Source of the DNA: a virus
Taxonomy: Duplodnaviria > Caudoviricetes
Strand: one strand, 5' to 3'
Virus record (IMG/VR): IMGVR_UViG_3300020183_000341
Location: 1 to 29,636 of that record
Length of the DNA: 29,636 bases
Below are positions 17,245 to 26,369 of this stretch, one piece after another. The position numbers and the translations under genes were made by a program. Below the pieces are notes generated by a model that was not told the origin of the DNA, did no database searches, and saw only the letters and a program-made list of their open reading frames with translations. Within the stretch, counting starts at the first letter, position 1, and every line of letters begins with the position of its first letter.

Positions 17245-19671
17245 TTATGCTGCTTGTGCTTTTGCTGGAGTTGTATCAATTCGTATTGCTTCACTAAATG
17301 TGGCCGGATCACCCATAGGTCTATCATCTAAAACTGGAGCATCGCCAAAGTTATTTCTACCTGCTTGTGGTTTGTCTTTTTCTATCAAATTCATGTTAAC
17401 ACTCAAATCACATTCTCTTGGAAATTGTGCATATTTTCTTTTGCTGTCTTCCCATTTGAATGTTTGTGCTCCATAAAACCAATCATTATCTTTTGCGTAT
17501 TCTTCCGTTAATATTTCCCAAGAAGCATCATCAGGTATTGTTGTGGTAACACTTGTAATAAATACAGGTTGTTTTTTGTATAAATCTCCAATAGTAATTA
17601 ACACCATCGGAGGAACGATGAATTTACCAACTGTGGTATAATTAGCGGGTTTTGTTAGTGTTGTCAAGTAATTGATACGTTTCCACATAGGTAATAATTC
17701 TTTGATACTATGTGCTACAACTTTAAAACTGAAATTGAGTGTACGTGTAAAATTTCTGTAGTAGTATAGTGAATCAGCACGACCAATATATTCAAGTGAA
17801 TCGTAATTTGCGGTATTATTTTCACTAATACCTGTTACTGTTGCAGAAAAAGGTATATATTTGTTATTTACTAAATCATGAAAGTAAAACTTGATTAAAT
17901 CAGGACCAATTACACCTTGTGGTGTTTGTTCGGAATATTCTTTCTTAAATTGTTCTTCGTCATGTATTACACTTAAACTGTTAACATAATCAACACCATT
18001 TGTTGGTCTTATCTTTCTGACTTGATCATCTGCGCCAAATTTTTTGCCACTCAATCTTGACAGTTTAACAACTTTATCACTGGTATCGTCAGGTTTTGTC
18101 CATCTTTGAGCATAACCGTTTTCAACTTTACCACTAGCATCTATCTTTAGTTTTGTAATATAATTGAATCCGATTTCATCTTTTTTGCTCAAATCAAATT
18201 GTTGTGGAAATAAAAATTCTTTGTTTTTAACTTTATAACCTGCACTCTCAATATTTGACTTGAATTGATTTTGTACATTTTCAAAGTCTTTGTTTTCTAT
18301 TTGTTCCGGATCGGCGAAAAGATCAGAAAAGTCTTTAGGATTTTCAGTTAATAACTTATAATTGAATAATTGATCACTGTTTTCTAAGTCTCTATTATCT
18401 GTGATACTGATCATCGAACTATATGTCAATTCGTCTTCTTGTGCACTAAGTTTTTTTGTTTGTATTTTAACATTATTACCTCTACCGTTGGTTCTAAAGG
18501 CAGATTCATTAGTTTGTTTATATGTTGGACTATGATTCCATTTACGACTAGTAATTTGTGATCTATTGAAATTAGGTGGATTGTCCGACTTTTTGTACCA
18601 TCGTTGATTGACTGCACCGGAGTAATTTGCTTTTGTACCTAAACCTAATGCACTTTTAAAAACACTTTTTAATAAACCACCTATACCACCAGATGGACCC
18701 TTTGCAGGCGATGAAGATGAAAATAATCCGCCTGCGTTTAAGTAGTAATCATATGTTTTTTCATCCGCACGATAATTTGACTTCCACGGTTGTTTAGGCG
18801 GAATAATACCACCAAGTATTGTTTTGTTTAATAATGATTTACCAACACTGCTCAATAATTTTTTAAAAAAACCACCTTTACCTCCAGATGGTACTAATTT
18901 ACTATATCTAGGAGCATTATATGCATTGGTTGCAGTTTGTCCCCTTAACAAGTCTCTTACATCTGGTCTTGCTAATTGTGTTACAACTTGGTCTGATCTA
19001 TCTCCGCCGCCAATCATTGATGTAAAGGTAGCTAAACCAAATCCTCCACTAGCTTTACTTGCAACACTACTACGTGGTGGAGCTGGTACGGGAGGACCAC
19101 CTCCACCAAATAAACCACCGATAGTTCTTAGTGTACTGCCTAAACCCGTGCCACCTAACAATCCGCCTATTATGTTGCTAGTATCTAAGTGTCTAGTTGG
19201 TCTGTCTATCAAACCAAATGTAGCTAAACGTAATGCGGATATAATCGGAGACGCTGGATTATAAACTTTTGTTTCATCAAATGGTTGAAAACCTTGGAGT
19301 ACTAGTTGTTTTAATATAAAATTTCTACCCGATGTACTTCCTAAAAATCGAGTTATTCTGCCGGCATCTCTACGTGATGCTTCTGTTCTTGTTCTTAATT
19401 TATTACGTTGACCATCTTCTATGTTTCTATATCTAAAATTTGTTGATACTGGACCTTTTAGATAACTGTCTCCAATATATTTAGCGTTTTGTGAATATAA
19501 TACAGTAGTATTGTTTCTGACTAGAAAAAGTTCTTGTATTTCGCCTGGTCTACGAGATTCGATAAAACGAGAACCACCTGGTAATGTTAAACGTTTGCCT
19601 ATAACATCAGATAAAGTGGTCGTTTGAGTACCACCATTACCAAGTGTATTATAAAAATTACTATTTGCCAT
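17245..19671 (-). CDS. Putative baseplate / tail tube initiator protein, 808 aa
   Basis: C-terminal YIGRADSLYYYRNFTRTLNFSFKV..PPMVLITIGDLY..FITSV resembles a tube-like initiator domain; lies between tape measure and LysM genes; Gly-rich N-terminal part. Confidence 0.6.
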   Translation of the reverse strand: MANSNFYNTLGNGGTQTTTLSDVIGKRLTLPGGSRFIESRRPGEIQELFLVRNNTTVLYSQNAKYIGDSYLKGPVSTNFRYRNIEDGQRNKLRTRTEASRRDAGRITRFLGSTSGRNFILKQLVLQGFQPFDETKVYNPASPIISALRLATFGLIDRPTRHLDTSNIIGGLLGGTGLGSTLRTIGGLFGGGGPPVPAPPRSSVASKASGGFGLATFTSMIGGGDRSDQVVTQLARPDVRDLLRGQTATNAYNAPRYSKLVPSGGKGGFFKKLLSSVGKSLLNKTILGGIIPPKQPWKSNYRADEKTYDYYLNAGGLFSSSSPAKGPSGGIGGLLKSVFKSALGLGTKANYSGAVNQRWYKKSDNPPNFNRSQITSRKWNHSPTYKQTNESAFRTNGRGNNVKIQTKKLSAQEDELTYSSMISITDNRDLENSDQLFNYKLLTENPKDFSDLFADPEQIENKDFENVQNQFKSNIESAGYKVKNKEFLFPQQFDLSKKDEIGFNYITKLKIDASGKVENGYAQRWTKPDDTSDKVVKLSRLSGKKFGADDQVRKIRPTNGVDYVNSLSVIHDEEQFKKEYSEQTPQGVIGPDLIKFYFHDLVNNKYIPFSATVTGISENNTANYDSLEYIGRADSLYYYRNFTRTLNFSFKVVAHSIKELLPMWKRINYLTTLTKPANYTTVGKFIVPPMVLITIGDLYKKQPVFITSVTTTIPDDASWEILTEEYAKDNDWFYGAQTFKWEDSKRKYAQFPRECDLSVNMNLIEKDKPQAGRNNFGDAPVLDDRPMGDPATFSEAIRIDTTPAKAQAA

Positions 19672-19688
19672 TAATTATAAATATTAAG

Positions 19689-22265
19689 TTAATTTATTTG
19701 TGGCATCACTGACACCTGATTTTTATTACCACGACTCGACGCTACTGAACTATTTTGTTGGAATCTACTATATTCAACTTGTACAACATTTTGTGGTAAA
19801 TTAGCTAGTTTTTCTCCGAATTTTTCTACAAGGCCATTAATTGCAGATTGTTGGTCGGGAGTTAGTTCACCACTTGTACTTAAACCTACCATCTTACGTG
19901 CTTTCTTTTCAGACAATTTATTTTCCATTTCTTTAATTTTTTTCTCATGTTCTTCTCGTTCCAAATCCATTGCGTGTAAACCACTCAATCTACGAGTTAG
20001 TGATGGTCCGCCTGTTATTGATTTTTCCTCAAGCAGCCGTGTGCCAAGACCGTATTTTTCTTCTAAATGACCACCTAACATATAACCACCTACAGCGGTA
20101 CCTACAGCCGCTGTAGCTGCTCCCGCAATTGCAGCTGCACTACCAGCTAAAATTCCGCTAATTGAAGTGCCTAAAAATCCACCTAAACTTGTAAATAAAC
20201 CTGCAAATACAGGTTTCAATCCAGCAGGTAAAAATCTTGCAATAAAAGTACCAATTTGTTTACCCAACAGTCCTTCAGTCATTGTTTCAGCAACAGTTGA
20301 AATTGAATCTGCTGCACTACTTACTCCGGCACAACATTTGTCTTCTCCCTTTTCACCTTTAGTTGCTTCACCAACTGCAGCAGTTATACCACCTTTTATA
20401 CCACCTTTTCTAAAACCTTTGAATATATTAATACCTTTTTTTCCGTAATCTAATGCTGACTTTGCTGTATCTATTACTGTTTTAACGGGTTGTACAACCG
20501 TGGCATTAATAGCGCTACCTATACCTTTTACACCTTTAACCAAAAGATTTATAGATAAAACAGTGCCCGCGATTATACCTGCAAATTTCGTCCAAGGGCC
20601 AGGTTGAATCATTCCAAGCAACGGTCCTTTACCACCGGCAGATGGTAACAAAAATTTTGCAACTGCTTTTAAAGCAGGTACGATTGTGTCAACCAATCCT
20701 TTACCGAGAGCTTGTATTTGTTCTTTATTGTCTGTAAAAAATCGGGTAATACCTACCATTACTCTGTTTATTTGTGGTATTAAGGGTACAACTATTTCAG
20801 CTAACATACCAGCAAGTCTTGTGCCTAACATACGTATCTGATTCAAATTCTCTGCTCTCAGTGCATCTTGTTTTGCAGTCTTTTCACCATCAACTAATGA
20901 TTCTTTACGGATTTTATCAATTTCTTGTAATGTTTTTTTATCCAATTTTCTTCTGTTTTCAATCTTTAACATTTCTTCCGCTGTCAAACCAGTTGCATCG
21001 GCTAATGCTTGCATTTGTATAGGATCTAAATCCTTTAATGATTTGCCTGTACGTTTAATGATGTTTAATAATTCACGTTCTACACCAAGTGTGTCTTTAT
21101 TAAAAGCAGCCCGACGTAATCCTTGTAGATTCAAATTTTTACCCAATAATACACTTGCCTTTAATTCAGCTTGTATACTACTTTGAAACTGTAATGATTT
21201 ACTTGAAGCATTTACAAAGCTGTTAAGTGATACACCCAGTAATTTAGCATTTGCAGCAGCTTTCAAAATGTTCGTACCTGACTGACCTGAAAATATTGCT
21301 AAATCGCCACTTGCGTCTGCAGCTTCTTTCATCAAATCACCAAGGCCTACGCCCGATGTTTTACTTATCTGTTTAGCGAAAAATATACTTGAAGCAGATG
21401 CACTATCAACATCACGACTTACAGCGCCCATATTATCTAAAAAGGCTGCGCTAGTTTCTGTCGATAAACCAAGTTTATTTTCTAATTGTGATAAATCTTC
21501 AGCCAATCCACTTGTGAGTGCAACACTTTTACCGAATGTTTTCGTTAATGTGTTTGTCGATTTAACCGCATCTTCTAAAGTCAAGCCATTAGCAGCATTG
21601 TTTTTGTATATATTTAAAGTTAACTCGTTTAAGTCACGATTAGCTTGTCTGCTGAAATTTAGTTCTCTGTTTTGCTTTACAATTTCATCATCAATTGCTA
21701 GTGCAAAATCTAATATAGTTTTTGTAGCCGTTTGTATTATACCAAAAAGTGAACGTTGTTTTAACAGTTCAAGTACGCCTTTGCCCAAAGCTGATGCAAT
21801 TTTATCTTGTGATTCATATACAGCCAAAGCAGCAGTATTAAATATTTCTTCCGCATAAATACTACTTTTTAAATAAAAAGCCTGTCTTTTAAATAATGTA
21901 TTTTGATCTTGAAGTTGCGCTTTTTGAGCTATCAATTTCTGAAGTTTTTCACTGTTTCCTTTTTCTGTTTCTTTTATAATTTCATCAGTCAACGCTTGTA
22001 ACATTTCTTCTTTTTTATTTTCTATATCTTTTACTTTTTGTATTTTTTCGCTTATACCAAACCCCATTTTTAAAAATGTAATTTCTTTCTCTCTCAAATC
22101 GTTCAACTCTTTTTGGTATAGTTTTAATTTTTGAGCCATGTCTAACTGTTGTTCCATAGCAGCGGATGTACGTTGCTCTGAACGGGCCCTCTCCTCCGAA
22201 TAGTCTGCTACATCGGATGCAGCCTTGACATTTTCTTTTAGTTTTGGTGCTTCGTCTTTCGCCAT
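19689..22265 (-). CDS. Tail tape measure protein, 858 aa
   Basis: Long Ala/Leu/Gly-rich helical protein with coiled-coil N-terminus and hydrophobic segments; directly follows the chaperone pair. Confidence 0.78.
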   Translation of the reverse strand: MAKDEAPKLKENVKAASDVADYSEERARSEQRTSAAMEQQLDMAQKLKLYQKELNDLREKEITFLKMGFGISEKIQKVKDIENKKEEMLQALTDEIIKETEKGNSEKLQKLIAQKAQLQDQNTLFKRQAFYLKSSIYAEEIFNTAALAVYESQDKIASALGKGVLELLKQRSLFGIIQTATKTILDFALAIDDEIVKQNRELNFSRQANRDLNELTLNIYKNNAANGLTLEDAVKSTNTLTKTFGKSVALTSGLAEDLSQLENKLGLSTETSAAFLDNMGAVSRDVDSASASSIFFAKQISKTSGVGLGDLMKEAADASGDLAIFSGQSGTNILKAAANAKLLGVSLNSFVNASSKSLQFQSSIQAELKASVLLGKNLNLQGLRRAAFNKDTLGVERELLNIIKRTGKSLKDLDPIQMQALADATGLTAEEMLKIENRRKLDKKTLQEIDKIRKESLVDGEKTAKQDALRAENLNQIRMLGTRLAGMLAEIVVPLIPQINRVMVGITRFFTDNKEQIQALGKGLVDTIVPALKAVAKFLLPSAGGKGPLLGMIQPGPWTKFAGIIAGTVLSINLLVKGVKGIGSAINATVVQPVKTVIDTAKSALDYGKKGINIFKGFRKGGIKGGITAAVGEATKGEKGEDKCCAGVSSAADSISTVAETMTEGLLGKQIGTFIARFLPAGLKPVFAGLFTSLGGFLGTSISGILAGSAAAIAGAATAAVGTAVGGYMLGGHLEEKYGLGTRLLEEKSITGGPSLTRRLSGLHAMDLEREEHEKKIKEMENKLSEKKARKMVGLSTSGELTPDQQSAINGLVEKFGEKLANLPQNVVQVEYSRFQQNSSVASSRGNKNQVSVMPQIN

Positions 22266-22291
22266 ATCTTATAAATATAACAAAACTAGAA

Positions 22292-22528
22292 TTACCAGCC
22301 TGGTTTTATTTTACCTATGCTTTTTTTGATATTTGTAGGATTAGCTGCCTTATCTTCTGCTTGACTTTCTTTATTCTTCGTTTCTAACAATTTCTTTAGA
22401 TAATAATTACGCAAAAATACAGGCATATCATAAGCATCATAAAATGATACAGCACCTTCTGAGTTATAGGAAATCAAAAATAGAGTGTCGTATATTACGA
22501 GTCTATCTTCAGGTCGAAGGCCAAAAAA
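22292..22528 (-). CDS. Tail assembly chaperone extension (gp51 / lambda T-like), probably reached by frameshift
   Basis: Frame is open from the U7 run: FFGLRPEDRLVIYDTLFLISYNSEGAVSFYDAYDMPVFLRNYYLKKL; MPxxxRxxYxxxL resembles gp51/T-type chaperones; the TTG at 22477 has no RBS. Confidence 0.7.
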   Translation of the reverse strand, partial: FFGLRPEDRLVIYDTLFLISYNSEGAVSFYDAYDMPVFLRNYYLKKLLETKNKESQAEDKAANPTNIKKSIGKIKPGW

Positions 22529-23315
22529 ATTCAGCCGTCAACGGCACCTCCAGTCTGTCCTCATGACTACAACTGTTACATTGAAAGTCAAACTTGAGTT
22601 CTACATCGGGTGATACTTTTTTGATAAATCTGCGTAATTCCAAACTGTCTCTAGATAGTAGTTCTTTATCAACAAATGATCGTATATAACCTCTGTCTGG
22701 ATTGTCGTCAACTGATACTATATGATATTTCAAGCGTGTACTCAGTTCAGGTACATTGTCTGCTGATATCTTCTTTAACGCTTTAAGTTCATTTTCAATC
22801 TCAGTTTCATCTCTATGAGTCAATAACTTGATTGTAACAACACGTTTTGAAAATGGTAATGTACATTCGAATGCATTATTGTTTTTTGGTCTATTTTCGT
22901 CGGGTATATTTACATTTACTAGTTTTGAAATATCAAAGTTATGTTGACTGTCTTCACCACATTTTGGACATTTATATTTAAATGGTCCATAATTGTCACC
23001 ATAAGCTAATCGTCTACAGGCTATAATCAAAGCACTTTTATCGGCACTAATTAGATCGTTTAACTTGACATCCTTTTCAACAATCAACGATTCCAATAAT
23101 TTGTCTAAAGCGTTACCTCTACGAATGTTATTAGCATTTGTAAGAATATCCTCTTCTCTAGCGGTCATATACTTAAGTTCTACTTTACCGTTACTAAGGG
23201 GGTGATTTGTTGGATAAACACACCCTTCTGATGGTAGATCTATTTGTTCAGAAGGAAATTTGCTTACAGTTGGTTGATTATTGTTGTTTCGTTGGATGTA
23301 AATCTCGTCACTCAT
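22509..23315 (-). CDS. Baseplate hub / tail assembly chaperone, T4 gp26-like, 268 aa
   Basis: IDLPSEG, MTAREEDIL, two CxxC motifs (CPKC, CNSC), C-terminal FFWP; between tube and tape measure. Confidence 0.82.
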   Translation of the reverse strand: MSDEIYIQRNNNNQPTVSKFPSEQIDLPSEGCVYPTNHPLSNGKVELKYMTAREEDILTNANNIRRGNALDKLLESLIVEKDVKLNDLISADKSALIIACRRLAYGDNYGPFKYKCPKCGEDSQHNFDISKLVNVNIPDENRPKNNNAFECTLPFSKRVVTIKLLTHRDETEIENELKALKKISADNVPELSTRLKYHIVSVDDNPDRGYIRSFVDKELLSRDSLELRRFIKKVSPDVELKFDFQCNSCSHEDRLEVPLTAEFFWPST

Positions 23316-23355
23316 AACTTGTGTTTATACATATAACATTATTATAGTTTTTTGA

Positions 23356-24228
23356 TTATTTTATTTTTAATGTATCAATTGCTTTTGTTAATTTTTCAAG
23401 ACGGGTTTGTAACTCTTGAATTTTAACATTCTTTTTCTTTTGTTCGGTAAACGATACATCTATCGAAGGATAAGTAGATGAAGAATCTTCTTCGCCGGTA
23501 ACATATTCATGAACTTTATCTTTGATTTTAGCATTCATAAGTTCACGTTTAAGTGACTTTACTTTTTCATTGACCAAGTTTTTTAATAGTTCTTTCTTTT
23601 CTTTTGGTAATTTTTCGAATCTTTCTTTAATATTCATATTGGTTAGTATTTTATAAATTTGTTTAACTACTGGAAGACTTATGTTAGGATAGTTCGTTTT
23701 AAAGTTTTCAAAGTTTTTATCAGCTATATCTTGTCTAAGTGTACTAGCACTGATACTTCGACCATTTTTATCATCATTTCTGCCCAGATAAATAGCAGGA
23801 ACGTCGTCTGTCATGTCAACAACTTGAATACCTGTTGGTGCAGTAGCACCATCTTTTGTTGGTTTGGTTTTGTAACGTTCTACAGCTAATGCAAATATTT
23901 TACTTCTTTTTGCATCTTCTAAACTTTTTGCACTTGCACCTAAAGCTATAGTTTCCACACTGTTTTTTGGTAGATTAAATACATAACCAAACGCCGAATT
24001 CATAGGGCTGTCGTTGTCTACAGACTGTACCTGTACCTTTGGATTTTTTTTCAACAAATTCCAAATTGCTAAACTTTGTTGTAAACCTATGCCGTTACGT
24101 TCGCTTGGTCCAACCATAACTATTACTTTGGACACATCAGGTCTACTAGCAAATTTGTTGGCAAGACCCAAGTGTCCTGCATGTGGTGGTTTAAATCCGC
24201 CTGGTAACAATACGACTACTTGATTCAT
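23356..24228 (-). CDS. Cytidylyltransferase-like (HxGH nucleotidyltransferase) protein, 290 aa
   Basis: VLLPGGFKPPHAGH and ISASTLR motifs; coiled-coil C-terminus; ATATTTATA-N4-ATG. Confidence 0.82.
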   Translation of the reverse strand: MNQVVVLLPGGFKPPHAGHLGLANKFASRPDVSKVIVMVGPSERNGIGLQQSLAIWNLLKKNPKVQVQSVDNDSPMNSAFGYVFNLPKNSVETIALGASAKSLEDAKRSKIFALAVERYKTKPTKDGATAPTGIQVVDMTDDVPAIYLGRNDDKNGRSISASTLRQDIADKNFENFKTNYPNISLPVVKQIYKILTNMNIKERFEKLPKEKKELLKNLVNEKVKSLKRELMNAKIKDKVHEYVTGEEDSSSTYPSIDVSFTEQKKKNVKIQELQTRLEKLTKAIDTLKIK

Positions 24229-24249
24229 TATTTATAAATATATTGTAAA

Positions 24250-24282
24250 TAAAAAATCCTCACTAGTTTTGCTAGTGAGGAT
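24250..24282 (-). terminator. Rho-independent terminator after the tail tube gene
   Basis: Minus strand ATCCTCACTAG-CAAAA-CTAGTGAGGAT (11-bp perfect stem) followed by TTTTTATTT. Confidence 0.85.
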
Positions 24283-24304
24283 ATTATAATTAATCCATTC
24301 AAAA

Positions 24305-24796
24305 TTAATATTGGAGAATACAATAGTCTGGTTGGACCGTCAAACTTACTGTCAAAGCGTCCCCGTCGTTAGACCAGTCGAGATCACCAAATGTAGCTTC
24401 GGTAATAAAAGCACCACGTAGTGTCCATTCTTCTACTTTGTCACCCACTGGTCCTACTACGTTAATAGTTATATCTTTTTTATAGAAATCACTATAACCA
24501 TCACGGCCTGTTACAGATTCGTGTCCTAGACGAATCCATTCCATTACAGCTTGTGCACCAGATGGTACGATTGGGTCATACAATTCCATACTGACTGGAC
24601 CCCAAGTAGTTTTACCTTTGTAGTAAGTCTTGATGTTAATGTGATCCAATTCTTTAGCTTGTTGTGTAATTGATGGGCGGCTGCATTTTTTGATAATAAA
24701 TGATGGAATACCATCACACAATAGAATAAATCTATTTTGAACTTTTGGTTCAAAACTTGTATAAAAAATTTCTGTAGGATTAAGTAGCTCTGCCAT
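24305..24796 (-). CDS. Tail tube protein, T4 gp19-like, 163 aa
   Basis: FEPKVQNRF, GKTTWGPVSMELYD, VMEW, YKKDITI, EEWTLRGAF, GDLDWS; AAGGA RBS and TATTTAT motifs at 24821-24834. Confidence 0.9.
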   Translation of the reverse strand: MAELLNPTEIFYTSFEPKVQNRFILLCDGIPSFIIKKCSRPSITQQAKELDHINIKTYYKGKTTWGPVSMELYDPIVPSGAQAVMEWIRLGHESVTGRDGYSDFYKKDITINVVGPVGDKVEEWTLRGAFITEATFGDLDWSNDGDALTVSLTVQPDYCILQY

Positions 24797-24869
24797 AAAT
24801 TATGTTCCTTATGTTATAATAATAAATATAAATACTGCCGATTATTATACTATTTTTTTAAGTTTATTA

Positions 24870-26030
24870 TTAAACTGTTATGCTTAATTTTGTGTCTATT
24901 GCGGCGTTCATTGAATCATACAATTTTTTCATGTCGTTTCGTCTACGTAAAAGTTTATAAACTATGTTTGGTATGCTGAATTCTCCATGAGTTGCCAATC
25001 CGTCATTACGATAATCAGTAATTTTCTTTGTTAGATCCTTCATTATATTTGGATTTTTTGTGGATATGGCGGCCTCTATTTGTGCTTTATAGTCTCTATA
25101 AATTTTAAGTATTTCATTTTTATCCAAATTAACCCCTTCAAAGTCAGGTTCTTTTATCCATGTATTTTTAAGAATTGAATAGATACCATGACTTCTATTT
25201 GGATGATTTATATCTTGTATATAAACTTCGACTTCGTGATTGTTGATTTTGATGTTGTGTTTTTCGTTCCATGACGTACGTAATACATTAACGTAGTTTT
25301 TGACTAGATTTGTATCTGTATTTATTTGTTTAAAGTCCGATACAATGTGTAGATCTATATCACTAGTACTTGTCCAGTTGTAACCCGCACTAGATCCCAC
25401 CATTATAATATCAACAATAGGTGATTGTAATTCTGTTTCTTTATAGAAATATTTTGCGTGTTGTAAAAGCTTTTGCTGAATTTCTGATTTTAAAACTTTA
25501 CCATTCCAAAATTCTGGATTTAATGTAGTATTTTCAATATACCATCTTTTTTCTAAATTTGGTATTTGTTTCAATTGTTCTATAGTATCTTTTGCATTTT
25601 TATGTAATACACCAATACCGCCCGCTTTTCTAAAATTGTTAATATTATCAATATCATCATCAATTAATATACTATTATTATTTGCGTAATCTGCCTTGTA
25701 TTTTTTATTGCTTACAATTATTGCCTTAAAAGGTATGTTGTTATTCTTTAACCAAATTTTTTTGCCAACCTGAGCATATTCAGTTGGTCCGCTACTCAAT
25801 ATTATAGCTGGATAATCTTTTAAATAATCTACAATTTGTTTGCCATCAGGCAACCATTCCAATTGTGAATAAAAACGTTCACCAACCGAATCTACCAAGT
25901 CATAATATGCTTTTTCGCCATAACGTTGTTTATAATCTTCAGAATCTATTCCATTGCTCAATTGTTTAAACTTACCTACCCAGTCAGTAAGCACACCATC
26001 CATATCTAAATAAATTGTATAAGATTTCAT
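24870..26030 (-). CDS. Fusion of HAD-family 5'(3')-deoxyribonucleotidase-like phosphatase and Pol-beta-family nucleotidyltransferase, 386 aa
   Basis: N-terminal IYLDMDGVL, ILSS, ILIDDDIDN..GGIGVLH; C-terminal MVGSSAGYNWTSTSDIDLH and EVEVYIQD. Confidence 0.82.
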   Translation of the reverse strand: MKSYTIYLDMDGVLTDWVGKFKQLSNGIDSEDYKQRYGEKAYYDLVDSVGERFYSQLEWLPDGKQIVDYLKDYPAIILSSGPTEYAQVGKKIWLKNNNIPFKAIIVSNKKYKADYANNNSILIDDDIDNINNFRKAGGIGVLHKNAKDTIEQLKQIPNLEKRWYIENTTLNPEFWNGKVLKSEIQQKLLQHAKYFYKETELQSPIVDIIMVGSSAGYNWTSTSDIDLHIVSDFKQINTDTNLVKNYVNVLRTSWNEKHNIKINNHEVEVYIQDINHPNRSHGIYSILKNTWIKEPDFEGVNLDKNEILKIYRDYKAQIEAAISTKNPNIMKDLTKKITDYRNDGLATHGEFSIPNIVYKLLRRRNDMKKLYDSMNAAIDTKLSITV

Positions 26031-26131
26031 TAATAATAAATATAAGCAGACTGCTTGTTGTGCTTATATGCTTTTTTATAAACAAATGCTATTAATAATA
26101 ATATTGATTAGCGGCTTAAAGCATTTATACT

Positions 26132-26317
26132 TTATATAAAACAAATGTCAAGCAGTTTCTTTTCAAAACCAACACTGGGATCAATTTTTATTTTGCCAAA
26201 GTTAAATCTTTCGTTAAACTCTTCAAGTATATCTTGTGCGTAACTATCTTCGTTTTCAACGTACTGATAATCTTTAACATGCGCTAATAAGTTGTCATTA
26301 AATTCAACGTATTTCAC
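26132..26317 (-). CDS. Small acidic hypothetical protein, 61 aa
   Basis: GTG start preceded by ATATTTATA at the exact 4-nt spacing; fills an otherwise empty gap. Confidence 0.6.
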   Translation of the reverse strand: MKYVEFNDNLLAHVKDYQYVENEDSYAQDILEEFNERFNFGKIKIDPSVGFEKKLLDICFI

Positions 26318-26369
26318 ATTTTATAAATATAATACAGCGATTCGTAGATTCTATATATAACTGAATAAT

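Noticed and set aside
17205-17247. Possible readthrough of 12 codons after the TAA of the 808-aa gene
   Set aside because: Short open stretch is explicable by chance and contains the RBS of the next gene.
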